Notes under the pieces: model-generated
Databases searched by the model: none
The model's input: only the letters and a program-made list of their open reading frames with translations
What the model was told of the DNA's origin: nothing
Program-made: the position numbers and the translations under genes
IMG/VR virus record: IMGVR_UViG_3300048549_001527
Direction: 5' to 3' (one strand)
Length of the DNA: 64,000 bases
Origin: a virus
Taxonomy: Duplodnaviria > Caudoviricetes
In this document: piece by piece, positions 1 to 8,571 of the stretch
Layout: each line of letters opens with the position of its first letter
Numbering within the stretch: the first letter of the stretch is position 1

Positions 1-1
1 A

Positions 2-97
2 CCTGAAAGCTTTATGGATGTAATTCTATATGATAACTTTCATGTTTTATTATGGGTAGGTGGAATGTTTTTTGCACTAAGAGGTAATAGAACGTAA
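2..97 (+). CDS. 3' end of a small membrane protein (possibly DoxX-like), truncated by the window edge
   Basis: Frame 2 reads PESFMDVILYDNFHVLLWVGGMFFALRGNRT* with a hydrophobic C-terminal helix. Its TAA (95-97) overlaps the next ATG (TAATG). Not in the ORF track. The DoxX resemblance is from memory only. Confidence 0.5.
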   Translation, partial: PESFMDVILYDNFHVLLWVGGMFFALRGNRT

Positions 98-291
98 TGG
101 TAAAACCTAATACCAGTTTCAACTTAGATGTTGATGATATAAATATGATTGATGAAGCGTTGATTGTATTACAACATCAGCGTACCGGCGTTGTAGGATT
201 TGAAATAGAAGCTATTACAAATCTTAGAGCCAAAATTTTTCATCAAAAGAATTGGTATAAACCAAAGGACCGCTTCGCAGGAGGCGGATAA
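97..291 (+). CDS. Small hypothetical phage protein (64 aa)
   Basis: ORF track; TAATG coupling to the upstream gene. Confidence 0.7.
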   Translation: MVKPNTSFNLDVDDINMIDEALIVLQHQRTGVVGFEIEAITNLRAKIFHQKNWYKPKDRFAGGG

Positions 292-313
292 CACAACACA
301 CAGGAGAACAAAA

Positions 314-523
314 ATGTTTAACGACTTTACAACTAACTACTTTATCGACCATATTCAATCTACAAAGAAAACAATGGTTGATACATTGGTAAAAGACGAA
401 AAATTGTCTGCGCCACTACATGCTTTTATTGAAGCGCAAACATCTTTTACTAAAGTGGCAATGAAATCTATGACTGATTTTATGAATGCATCTGGTGAAA
501 CCGCAGCAAAGGTAATGAAATAA
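314..523 (+). CDS. Small helical protein, possibly phasin-like (69 aa)
   Basis: Strong SD (CAGGAG) upstream. Amphipathic pattern FIDHIQSTKKTMVDTLV...FIEAQTSFTKVAMKSM resembles phasin-like phage proteins (recall). Confidence 0.6.
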   Translation: MFNDFTTNYFIDHIQSTKKTMVDTLVKDEKLSAPLHAFIEAQTSFTKVAMKSMTDFMNASGETAAKVMK

Positions 524-741
524 TGAGTAAAAACCCTTTTGAAATTCGTGCAGATATGTTGCAGATGGCTAAAGAGTATATGGATCAAATCCATGAAACT
601 AACCATATCTATGCAGCCAAAATGATGGAATTAGGTCAAATTCAATTTGAAGAATATCAAAAGATGACTGAACTATATTCAGTCGAGGAGCTCACGAAAA
701 AAGCTACAGAAATGTATTCGTTTGTTTCAAATAAAGATTAA
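523..741 (+). CDS. Hypothetical phage protein with NPFEIR-type N-terminus (72 aa)
   Basis: TAATG coupling to the previous ORF. MSKNPFEIRADMLQMAKEY start resembles small phage proteins (recall). Confidence 0.7.
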   Translation: MSKNPFEIRADMLQMAKEYMDQIHETNHIYAAKMMELGQIQFEEYQKMTELYSVEELTKKATEMYSFVSNKD

Positions 742-743
742 GG

Positions 744-772
744 AAAAGGGGATCTTCGGGTCCCCTTTTTTT
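744..772. terminator. Bidirectional intrinsic terminator with C(UUCG)G tetraloop
   Basis: AAAA-GGGGATC-TTCG-GGTCCCC-TTTTTTT: a 7-bp stem with one G:U pair, a T7 run on + and a T4 run on -, between convergent genes ending at 741 and 775. Confidence 0.92.
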
Positions 773-774
773 AA

Positions 775-2766
775 TTAATCATACACGGTACCAGGATACG
801 GACCTGATGCGTAAGTGTTCATATTTTTATCCATATGACCACCGATAATGGTAGGAGCTTCAACAAATGCATCACCGCCTTTTTGTGTTATAACTGGTGA
901 AACAGTTTGATCCCCACCTTTAATAATAACAGTGTTACCATTTTGAAGAGCTAGATCCGCAATCGCGTCTAAAGCATTAGTTTCAAACCCTGGCGCAACA
1001 TTCACAATTCTTCTTGCTTGAGCGCTGCTCAACCTTGCATTTGGATAAACCCTACCCGATCCTACTCCCATTCCAGATATAGCTGCGGCTGGCACGTCAA
1101 ATAGACCTAGGCCGCCAGTACCCGGAGGTCCATAGTTTGCAGATGTAGTAGTTTGCCCACCACCTCCATATTTTGCTGCAGCTTCTGCCATCAGTTGTGA
1201 AGTGCCAAGAGCATCATTAATTTGAGATTGAACTTTGTTAATTTCACTTTGTGGCGGTGTTTCACCCAATGCCCATTCCACAATTTTAAGGCCAAGATAA
1301 TCTCCAGCAAGACCGCCAAGAATTGCGCCAGCAATTCCACCTGCAGGAACTGTAAGCCACGCAAGTGGTCCGCCGAGCAGTCCAGCAGCGCCGCCAGCTA
1401 AACCGCCACCACCAGCACCAATAAAGCCGCCAAGCCATGTTCCTAATAGTTTTGTTCTCTGTGATTCTTCAGTCTGTTCCAACGCGCTTAAAATCATAAT
1501 TAAGTCAACTACTTTAAATGCTACGTTTACTCTATTCAAATAATCAAAGATTTTCATTAAAACATTACGCCATTTTGCAGGAATTTTATCATTGTAATCT
1601 TGCAACAATTTTTGTAGGTCGCTTTTTGTGGCTCTTCTATTAGTATTTGCAGGAGCTGCTTTTACAGCAGCAGTTGGTTTAAACGTGGTAGCGCCTTGGG
1701 GTTTTCCGATCTGCGTAGGACTATTATTAAAACCAGTCAATGGCTTGTCTATTGAAGGCACAATAGGTTTATTTTGATTAGCAGTTTGAAACCCTGCTAC
1801 AGACATTCTGTCAGGCAAATACCCCGGGCCTTCTGGTGTAAATGTTGACAATTCTGGGGTAAACTGAGATACCATATTGGCTCTTCTGAATCTTTCGGTT
1901 TCTATTTTTCTGGCATCCTCTATTGCCTTAACTCTTTCGACCTCGGCCAGTCTTACTCTTTCAGCTTCAGCAGCTCTATTTAATGATTCTCCATAATTTG
2001 CGTATTTACTTCCTCGGCCTTTTTCGTCGAGCATCGGATCAATGTTAGGTGTTCTTCTTGCTATTCTTTTATCGTTTATTTCATCTAATGTTTGTGCTAA
2101 TTTTCTTGTAGCATTAATAAGAAACGGGGCACCAATCACTGAAGTAATCGCCCCCACCCAAAAACCAAAGCTTGTAATATCTTCTTTAAATTTTTCAATG
2201 TCTTCTTGCAATCCTGCTACTGTTGAATTAAGATTAGCGATTGTTTTATCCATATTACCGATAGTAGTTTTTAAATTAGTGAATGTTTCTTGTATAACTG
2301 CAGGATTAAATTCACTGATACCTTTTTCCATATTTGAAAATGCGCCATTAAACTGTTCGTCAATAGCACCTTTTAATAGATTATATCCTAGGAAAGCGCC
2401 ACCTGCCCCTAATGCCAAATTCTTTAAAGAAAACGCATTTCGCATTCCATCTATCATTTTTGCATCACGTTCTTCTTGTGCAGCTCGGTCATTCTTTTTT
2501 TCAACAATTTCCTGTTCAGCTTTTAAATTTTCAAAGTCTTCTTGACGCTTTCGATTTTCAGCTGCAGCTTCTTGAATACCCGCTTGCTGTCTGAGTATTT
2601 GAGTTTGCTCTGCTACGTTTGTTTGAATTGATGTAAACAAACCATCGAAACGGTCTAATTTGATTTTCACAGATCGTATTGAGTTGGTTCCGCTATTACG
2701 AACCAAATCGCCTTCTGCTCTTAATCTTTCTACTATCGCTGTTGTTTCAGCTGAGAGCTCTGCCAT
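775..2766 (-). CDS. Putative baseplate hub / tail length (tape measure) protein, gp29-like
   Basis: 663 aa, largely helical/coiled-coil, with hydrophobic Gly-rich segments. It lies directly downstream of gp26-gp51, where T4-like phages place the gp29 equivalent. Assignment is by synteny. Confidence 0.6.
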   Translation of the reverse strand: MAELSAETTAIVERLRAEGDLVRNSGTNSIRSVKIKLDRFDGLFTSIQTNVAEQTQILRQQAGIQEAAAENRKRQEDFENLKAEQEIVEKKNDRAAQEERDAKMIDGMRNAFSLKNLALGAGGAFLGYNLLKGAIDEQFNGAFSNMEKGISEFNPAVIQETFTNLKTTIGNMDKTIANLNSTVAGLQEDIEKFKEDITSFGFWVGAITSVIGAPFLINATRKLAQTLDEINDKRIARRTPNIDPMLDEKGRGSKYANYGESLNRAAEAERVRLAEVERVKAIEDARKIETERFRRANMVSQFTPELSTFTPEGPGYLPDRMSVAGFQTANQNKPIVPSIDKPLTGFNNSPTQIGKPQGATTFKPTAAVKAAPANTNRRATKSDLQKLLQDYNDKIPAKWRNVLMKIFDYLNRVNVAFKVVDLIMILSALEQTEESQRTKLLGTWLGGFIGAGGGGLAGGAAGLLGGPLAWLTVPAGGIAGAILGGLAGDYLGLKIVEWALGETPPQSEINKVQSQINDALGTSQLMAEAAAKYGGGGQTTTSANYGPPGTGGLGLFDVPAAAISGMGVGSGRVYPNARLSSAQARRIVNVAPGFETNALDAIADLALQNGNTVIIKGGDQTVSPVITQKGGDAFVEAPTIIGGHMDKNMNTYASGPYPGTVYD

Positions 2767-2939
2767 TACGCAACCCCATTCTTTTCGTTTTGTTTCTGTA
2801 TAAAGTCACTTAACATACCAAAATACAAATCTCTTTCAAAAGGTAATAAATTTTCAATCTCTGTTATCGAATATTTATGGTGCTGAGCCAAACTAAATAT
2901 CATTTGATAATAATTAGCGAGAGTTATATGACTCAGCAC
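2766..2939 (-). CDS. gp51: Baseplate hub assembly catalyst gp51 (57 aa, GTG start)
   Basis: Read manually: (M)LSHITLANYYQMIFSLAQHHKYSITEIENLLPFERDLYFGMLSDFIQKQNEKNGVA*. It has the L.NYY...F.L.QHHKYS.TE.EN..P.ER signature. The GTG overlaps the gp26 stop and its TAA overlaps the next ATG. Confidence 0.88.
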   Translation of the reverse strand: MLSHITLANYYQMIFSLAQHHKYSITEIENLLPFERDLYFGMLSDFIQKQNEKNGVA

Positions 2940-3640
2940 TAGACGAAAAAAGATTTCATTCCTTCTATTACGAATGTTTTTTCATTACCTTCTTTATTTG
3001 TATATTTCATTTCATGGCGTAGCTTTGGCATTGTTTCAAAGAAGTTTTGTATTCCCCTGATAACTCCACCTTGAATATTTTCCATAAATTGGTCAACTTC
3101 ATCACTAGTATAATCTTTAAACTCGTGCACCTCATCTTCTGATGCTATTTTATCTAAACAAGATATTAAAATCATATAGTTTATTAAAGGATCTTCAAGA
3201 TCCGATTCAGCAATTTTAATAAATTCGTCAATAGATGGATACTTTAGGTATAACATAAAATCATCATTAATTTTTATTTCATTAGTATGACCTTCAGGTG
3301 TAAGTAGTTTAATTTCTTCAATGTCCATAGTTAATTCAACCGGTTCATCTGTGTCAGGATCCACGATACCAAACGTGATTGTATTATCAACAGATCTCGA
3401 TCTTAATAATAAGAAAACGTATTCAAGATCAAACATTGCAAGTTCAGTTATGTCCATATCTATAAGACAGTTATTTACTACTTGTTTTGTCGCAACCATT
3501 TCTTGCGAAGGATCTTCATCCTCTTGCGCAATCAGCATAATCTTTTCTTCTTTTACCGTAAAAGGTCTATATTGTATAGTCCGTCCGGTAGATGGAAGTT
3601 TTGCTTCAAAAATAGGTAAATCAATTTTTGGTAAAGCCAT
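2939..3640 (-). CDS. gp26: Baseplate hub subunit gp26
   Basis: MALPKIDLP...LPSTG..IQYRPFTVKEEKIMLIAQE N-terminus and FFETMPKL...IEG...FF C-terminus. Confidence 0.92.
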   Translation of the reverse strand: MALPKIDLPIFEAKLPSTGRTIQYRPFTVKEEKIMLIAQEDEDPSQEMVATKQVVNNCLIDMDITELAMFDLEYVFLLLRSRSVDNTITFGIVDPDTDEPVELTMDIEEIKLLTPEGHTNEIKINDDFMLYLKYPSIDEFIKIAESDLEDPLINYMILISCLDKIASEDEVHEFKDYTSDEVDQFMENIQGGVIRGIQNFFETMPKLRHEMKYTNKEGNEKTFVIEGMKSFFV

Positions 3641-3654
3641 AATTTATATCTCCA

Positions 3655-4422
3655 TTATCTAAAAAAGTTTGTTATATTATCCCACGAGTTTCTAAATTTT
3701 AACAAGCGGTTTGCGGCATCTTGTACACTATTAAATTTCAATCCTTGACCTACTACATTAGCCAAAGAGCCTACTGAATTTAAGAATGATAGTAAACCAG
3801 TTCCGCGATTAAATCTTGTGGTTGGAGATCCTTGTACTTCCCCTGTAAATCTAATTTTATCATAAGAAAACGATACAGGCAACGTTGCATAGCTATCGTT
3901 GTTTTCCCATGATAAATCTATTTCACCAATTGCAGTTGGAAATGCTCCTTCCAATACTGTTTCATAATAAGTGTTGTTAGTTCCTGTAGGATGCGGGTTA
4001 TAAAATTTAATTATGATCGTTGCCGCATAATCTTCTCGGTACGCAACCTCAAACGGTAGCATACCATTTACTTCAGCCAATTCACCGCCAGCAGTACTAT
4101 AATTAACAACGTTCTGAGCCCAAGAATGGAAAAACTTTAATATTTCATGACTTGAGTCAACTAAAAATATTCCATTGACTGGATTATTAGCAATACCTGT
4201 TGGCATTTCTCGTGGCAGTTTTGCAGTTACATCGTAAGTGGCCGTGTTAATTGTAATTCCTGGGATAGACATTGTCTTACAGAAAAATGTTAATTGTCTC
4301 GGAGTAATTTGGGATGAGTTTCTAGCTCTTCCTTGTATAGTCACTTCGAATAAACCAGCGTGGGATAATCCACCAAATTGGCTCATTGTAGATTTAAATT
4401 CTGTGATGTTAAATGCCATCAT
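3655..4422 (-). CDS. gp54: Baseplate tail-tube initiator gp54-like (tail tube fold)
   Basis: FNITEFKS...LFEVTI...SIPG...FHSWAQ...AFPT.IGEIDLSW...ATLPVSFSY pattern of the gp19/gp54 family, located between gp2 and gp26. Confidence 0.7.
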   Translation of the reverse strand: MMAFNITEFKSTMSQFGGLSHAGLFEVTIQGRARNSSQITPRQLTFFCKTMSIPGITINTATYDVTAKLPREMPTGIANNPVNGIFLVDSSHEILKFFHSWAQNVVNYSTAGGELAEVNGMLPFEVAYREDYAATIIIKFYNPHPTGTNNTYYETVLEGAFPTAIGEIDLSWENNDSYATLPVSFSYDKIRFTGEVQGSPTTRFNRGTGLLSFLNSVGSLANVVGQGLKFNSVQDAANRLLKFRNSWDNITNFFR

Positions 4423-5021
4423 CTTCCTCTTATAATTTTTCTCGAGTCGGCATAAACTTGACGCTTACTTGCACCGACAAACGCAGGACTTGGTAAAAAC
4501 AACGCGATGTCCCATTCCGATGGAGCAACATAAGTCAATTTTGTTTTCAATTGTTTGGCGAGATAATGTTTTACTGTTGGCCTAAACTCTTTAAATTTTG
4601 CAGTACCATTCAATAAATCATAGCTTGCTCTTAATCGTGTATTTTCATTATATGTTTTATTTGTTGTTATAGTATAAAGTTGATCCATTAATTTTGCTCG
4701 TAGTACAGGAGGTAAGTAATGAAAGTTAATTCCTAAAAACCCGCCATCTGCTTTATTTATTGGAAACACGAGGGGAAACCTATCATAATATGGTAATGTT
4801 GCTTTATGCTTTGGATCATAACCAAACATATACATATTACCTAGTCTAAACCGGTTTTCGTATCGGTCTGAACCCATTTCTCGTATAACGCGATCTTGTC
4901 TTACTCCGCGCATCTGCCCTGCTTGGTTACGATACCAATCGCGTGCTTCCTGTGTCCGTGCCGGTATTTGCCCTTCACGAACTCCTCTCAATAGAATATC
5001 ATCAAATACTTTTGCTGCCAT
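4419..5021 (-). CDS. gp2: DNA end protector protein gp2
   Basis: YDPKHK.TLPYYDRFPL.FP...GFLGINFHYLPP..RA.L.D motif. Confidence 0.95.
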   Translation of the reverse strand: MAAKVFDDILLRGVREGQIPARTQEARDWYRNQAGQMRGVRQDRVIREMGSDRYENRFRLGNMYMFGYDPKHKATLPYYDRFPLVFPINKADGGFLGINFHYLPPVLRAKLMDQLYTITTNKTYNENTRLRASYDLLNGTAKFKEFRPTVKHYLAKQLKTKLTYVAPSEWDIALFLPSPAFVGASKRQVYADSRKIIRGR

Positions 5022-5486
5022 TTATTTTATCCCTAAATGATCTTCTGTCATAATTACAAATTCCCAACCACGGTCTGCGCAAAAACCACGCGCTGCTTTC
5101 CATTTTGCTTCGTTAATACCGTATGTCTTAACCTCATTTATATAACGCCTTGAAACTGCACCCGTTTTGGTTTGATTTTTTTTTCTTGGGTCAGGCGGTC
5201 TTGTTTGTGCTTTCGGTTTTATTTCAATCATCACTGTTTTTGTTACTGGTCCAACGCGTTTATTAATAATTACATCTGGAAAATATCTATGTCTTTTTCC
5301 GTCAATTGGCGAATAATAAGGTACTATCACTTCTTCAGATTGCCACCAAATAATATCAGGGTGCATGTCCACATATCTAAAGAATTTAAACTCCCACAGC
5401 GACCTATAAATAATGTTACTAGGATCACCCTTGTATTTAGCAGGATTTTTAGGCCTAAACCTACCTTTGTGCCCTCTAGTTGTCAT
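5022..5486 (-). CDS. gp4: Head completion protein gp4 (TnsA-like nuclease fold)
   Basis: KGRFRPKNP.KYKGDP.NIIYRSLWE.KF...W.SEE...PY.SP.DGK.HRYFPD...IEIKP..QT...N.AKW.AA motif. Confidence 0.95.
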   Translation of the reverse strand: MTTRGHKGRFRPKNPAKYKGDPSNIIYRSLWEFKFFRYVDMHPDIIWWQSEEVIVPYYSPIDGKRHRYFPDVIINKRVGPVTKTVMIEIKPKAQTRPPDPRKKNQTKTGAVSRRYINEVKTYGINEAKWKAARGFCADRGWEFVIMTEDHLGIK

Positions 5487-5505
5487 ATCATCACTCGCAT
5501 TTCCA

Positions 5506-5513
5506 TATAAATA
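5506..5513 (+). promoter_or_regulatory. T4-type late (gp55-dependent) promoter for the baseplate operon
   Basis: Exact TATAAATA in the intergenic region, 35 nt upstream of the gp48 start. Confidence 0.85.
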
Positions 5514-5521
5514 AGTAATAA

Positions 5522-5529
5522 TATTTATA
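5522..5529 (-). promoter_or_regulatory. T4-type late promoter for the gp4-gp2-gp54-gp26 operon
   Basis: TATTTATA on + (TATAAATA on -), 36 nt upstream of the gp4 start. Confidence 0.85.
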
Positions 5530-5547
5530 AGAAAAAGGTAAGCCCAT

Positions 5548-6573
5548 ATGCCAATTCAGGACCAAGGTTTAGGCCATAGGCCGCAAACTAAAAAGGCAAT
5601 GAGTAGTAGCCGCGGCGCAATTGGAAATTTATCTTTCCCTGCAACCGGTTTAGCTCATAGCATCATGTTTGTATTTAAAGAATATTCTTATGAAGGCTTA
5701 AATGCTGGTTTTGATTTATTGACAGGATCTATTGGACAAACTGGTAGAGCTCGCGGTAGTTCAATCAAAGGAATATCGTCTATTCAGTTACCGTTTCCGC
5801 GGACTTTGACTGATAGTACTGGCGTTGTTATTCAAGGTTTTGAAAGAGATAAAACAACTGAAGCAATTAGCCGTGCTGCGTCGAATTTAATGTCAGGCGG
5901 CGCGGCTGGAATGACTATTTCAAATATTCCTGAGCTACTTCAACAAATAGGCGCAGGCGGTTCAAGTCTGTTAACTGGTAGTGGCGACGACAGTGGAAGC
6001 GGTGTTGGTAGATTAGTAAAAAGTATCCTAGGAACAGAATTAGGAGATGCGACAACTGGCGCTCAATATCTTTTAAGATCAAAACTTCCAGGAGATATTG
6101 GCAGATCTATTGATATTACAACAGGGCAAACTGTTAACCCAAGAGAAACATTATCTTTTGATGGAGTTGAATTACGCACTCATACATTTAACTGGGATTT
6201 ATATCCTGAAAGTCAAGAAGACTCGCGCTTAATTAAAGAAGTCGTAAACGGATTTAAAAAACAAATATTGCCACACACTCGTGATATTGAAGGAATTCCA
6301 AGAGCATTCCTTACTTACCCAGCTACTGTTGATACTTATTTACTAGGAGTTAATCCTGAACACTTTATCAAATTTAAAACATCACTTGTTAGAAGCATTG
6401 ATGTTGATTATGGCGCAGGAGGTGGTGTAACTATGATGAAAGGCGGCAAGCCTGGAGGAGTTTCATTATCAATTTCAATGCAGGAACTGGAAATCCAAAC
6501 TGCGGACGAATATGGTGGAACTTACCAAGAAGATCCTGCGGAATTTGTTATACCAAACTCAGGGGCGCAATAA
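5548..6573 (+). CDS. gp48: Baseplate tail tube cap gp48
   Basis: IQLPFP..LTD...G..VNPRETLSF.GV.LR.H.FNWDLYPES..DS..IK.....FK...YP...F.KFK......IDVDY...P..V.LS..M.E.EI.T pattern, located before gp53. Confidence 0.85.
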   Translation: MPIQDQGLGHRPQTKKAMSSSRGAIGNLSFPATGLAHSIMFVFKEYSYEGLNAGFDLLTGSIGQTGRARGSSIKGISSIQLPFPRTLTDSTGVVIQGFERDKTTEAISRAASNLMSGGAAGMTISNIPELLQQIGAGGSSLLTGSGDDSGSGVGRLVKSILGTELGDATTGAQYLLRSKLPGDIGRSIDITTGQTVNPRETLSFDGVELRTHTFNWDLYPESQEDSRLIKEVVNGFKKQILPHTRDIEGIPRAFLTYPATVDTYLLGVNPEHFIKFKTSLVRSIDVDYGAGGGVTMMKGGKPGGVSLSISMQELEIQTADEYGGTYQEDPAEFVIPNSGAQ

Positions 6574-6948
6574 ATGAAATACTTTGAAAATTTTCCAGAA
6601 GTAGTTTATGACGGTAAGCGAGTTAAAGATATTACTCGGCGAAACCGTTTTGTAAGAGGACTACAAAACAACCCGCTTCTTTATATGCCATACACAGTTG
6701 AGGAAGGCGAAAGAGCTGAAGATATTGCAAATTTTTATTATGGCTCAGTAGATTACGTTTGGCTCATCTATATGGCAAATAATATTATAGACCCGTATCA
6801 TGAATGGCCATTAAACACAATAGAGTTTAACGATATGTTAATTGAAAAATATGCGGAAGCTTCAGGACTTACAGGTCAAGATGTTCTTGATTGGACAAGA
6901 ACCGATGATACTGAAGATAACATTGTGTATTATTACAGGGAGGTTTAA
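6574..6948 (+). CDS. gp53: Baseplate wedge protein gp53, N-terminal (LysM-like) part
   Basis: MKYFENFP.V.Y....Y.VEEGERAEDIANFYYGS..Y.WLI.MANNIIDPYHEWPL motif. Confidence 0.9.
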   Translation: MKYFENFPEVVYDGKRVKDITRRNRFVRGLQNNPLLYMPYTVEEGERAEDIANFYYGSVDYVWLIYMANNIIDPYHEWPLNTIEFNDMLIEKYAEASGLTGQDVLDWTRTDDTEDNIVYYYREV

Positions 6949-6951
6949 TAA

Positions 6952-7206
6952 ATGGCTGTTGATATTATTAAACTTACACCGGATAGTTTTTTAACAATCT
7001 ATTTAAGAAGAGAAGACCGTGTTATTTTGCGTACAGAGCAAGGACGTAAAATTGTTATCAAACGCATCATTCCTGAAGAATGGAAAGCATGGCGTATATA
7101 TGATAACGAAAACGCAATTAATGAAAACAAGCGCGAAATATATCTATTTGATAATAGGTACTTACCACAGTTAACTCGTGAATTTAAGAGTAAGATAAGA
7201 ATTTAA
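6952..7206 (+). CDS. Separately encoded C-terminal part of gp53 (84 aa)
   Basis: Same frame as 6574-6948 after TAA TAA, with its own GGAGG (6939-6943) 8 nt before the ATG. Ends YDNENAINENKREIYLF...YL.Q...EFK, matching the usual gp53 C-terminus. Confidence 0.72.
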   Translation: MAVDIIKLTPDSFLTIYLRREDRVILRTEQGRKIVIKRIIPEEWKAWRIYDNENAINENKREIYLFDNRYLPQLTREFKSKIRI

Positions 7207-7209
7207 CAA

Positions 7210-8571
7210 ATGGCAGAGTCTTTTAATCCGGCAGGCTACGAAATATCCAGGGCGCTCATAACTACTATGAACGGCACGACTGTTGATATGAAAGAGTTTG
7301 TTATAGGTCTTGAAATTTCTCAATCTATTAATTCAAACTATTCTGGCTCTATGACCGTTCTTGAAAATTTGAATTACCTTGAAGGGACTCCTTTACGAGG
7401 TGAAGAAAAACTTGACTTAGAAATAGAATTATTTGATACTGGGCAAAAGGTTGAACTAAAACTACAAGTATTTTCAATTTCAAGAGTATCACCAAATAGA
7501 ATGAACACTGGTACAACATATACGTTATCTTTTATTTCAAGAACAAGTTATGATGGTGGAAATCGCAGAGTAAAAAGTTCCTATAAAAATAAATCAGTGA
7601 AGCAAATTGTTCAAGAGGTGTTTGAAGATTATGTTTCTGATTTGGATAAAGCTGATTACTTAGATGAACAAGATAAAACAAGAGTATTAACATTTGGTAC
7701 TGCCCGGCATAAAATACTTAATGATAGAGATAGAAGTCTTTATATTCAACCGACCGAAGGACTTATTGATATTATTATGCCAAGTATTATGCCTGACGAT
7801 GCATTTAGATTTTTATCTAAACGAGCAATGAATACTGATACTCCGTCGCATACGTTTAGATGGTTTGAAACAATATATGGTTATTACTTTGTGACTGACG
7901 AGTTTTTAATTAAAGAAGCAATTGAAGCTGAAGACAAAGGTAACCTAAAAGAATTGTTTTATGCGCCGAACGCAAGTAACTTACCGGATGATGCGGGCTT
8001 ATCAATTAATAGAATTAATAATTTTTCAATTGGCGAAAGAGGTACTAACTCTGCAAAATCAATGCTGTCAGGCGCATATAGAGTTAAGACAACAGAATTA
8101 GATCTTGTGAACGGAAAGGTTTACGAAAATAGTTGGAAAGTTGAAGATGCGAAATTTATTGATATGTCAGGAAAAACTGTTTCTATTGACAGGTTACCGC
8201 ATTCACAACAATATATCAATGAAAAATTTACAGATGAAAACGCTCGTGACTTTTTGGTTTTAAAAGATACACAAGGTCCTAACGATAGAGCTACAAGTTT
8301 AAGGTCTGACGCAAATAATGGTGAAATAGCAGCAATGCGTACTTTTTACGATCAACATTTAAATTCAACTTCTGTTGGAGTTAGCTTGAGTGGTAGAATT
8401 GATTTATCGCCAGGAACCATCCTTAATTTAAATATTCCAGTCTTCGCAGCTACTGATAAAGTTGAAGATAATAACCTCTCAGGAAAGTATATGATTAAAT
8501 CTTCAAGCCACACATTCAAAGATGGAAAAGCCGGCGCAACTCTCAATTTAATTAAATTTGGGTGGTCATAA
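7210..8571 (+). CDS. Baseplate hub protein, gp27-like
   Basis: 453 aa between gp53 and gp5. GSMTVLE..NYLE..PLRGEE.L.L N-terminus and G...L.PG..L.L.IP....LSGKYMI....H C-terminus are typical of gp27/VgrG-like hubs. Confidence 0.7.
   Translation: MAESFNPAGYEISRALITTMNGTTVDMKEFVIGLEISQSINSNYSGSMTVLENLNYLEGTPLRGEEKLDLEIELFDTGQKVELKLQVFSISRVSPNRMNTGTTYTLSFISRTSYDGGNRRVKSSYKNKSVKQIVQEVFEDYVSDLDKADYLDEQDKTRVLTFGTARHKILNDRDRSLYIQPTEGLIDIIMPSIMPDDAFRFLSKRAMNTDTPSHTFRWFETIYGYYFVTDEFLIKEAIEAEDKGNLKELFYAPNASNLPDDAGLSINRINNFSIGERGTNSAKSMLSGAYRVKTTELDLVNGKVYENSWKVEDAKFIDMSGKTVSIDRLPHSQQYINEKFTDENARDFLVLKDTQGPNDRATSLRSDANNGEIAAMRTFYDQHLNSTSVGVSLSGRIDLSPGTILNLNIPVFAATDKVEDNNLSGKYMIKSSSHTFKDGKAGATLNLIKFGWS

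Noticed and set aside
2042-2594. Antisense ORFs (167 aa and 60 aa) inside the gp29-like gene
   Set aside because: Shadow ORFs opposite a well-supported gene, with no SD or recognisable motif. The same applies to the many 60-150-aa nested ORFs in the track across the structural genes.
5405-5412. Extra + strand TATAAATA inside gp4 (possible antisense promoter)
   Set aside because: It coincides with the conserved IIYRS codons, and several chance matches of this AT-rich 8-mer are expected in 64 kb.
5022-5486. TnsA-like nuclease as evidence of a transposon
   Set aside because: The sequence and position next to gp2 identify it as T4 gp4 head completion protein; there are no transposon ends or other tns genes.
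6946-6951. Stop-codon readthrough or alternative genetic code at the gp53 split
   Set aside because: There are two consecutive TAA codons and a dedicated SD for the second ORF. TAA, TAG and TGA all end genes elsewhere, and the giant ORFs are open under code 11.
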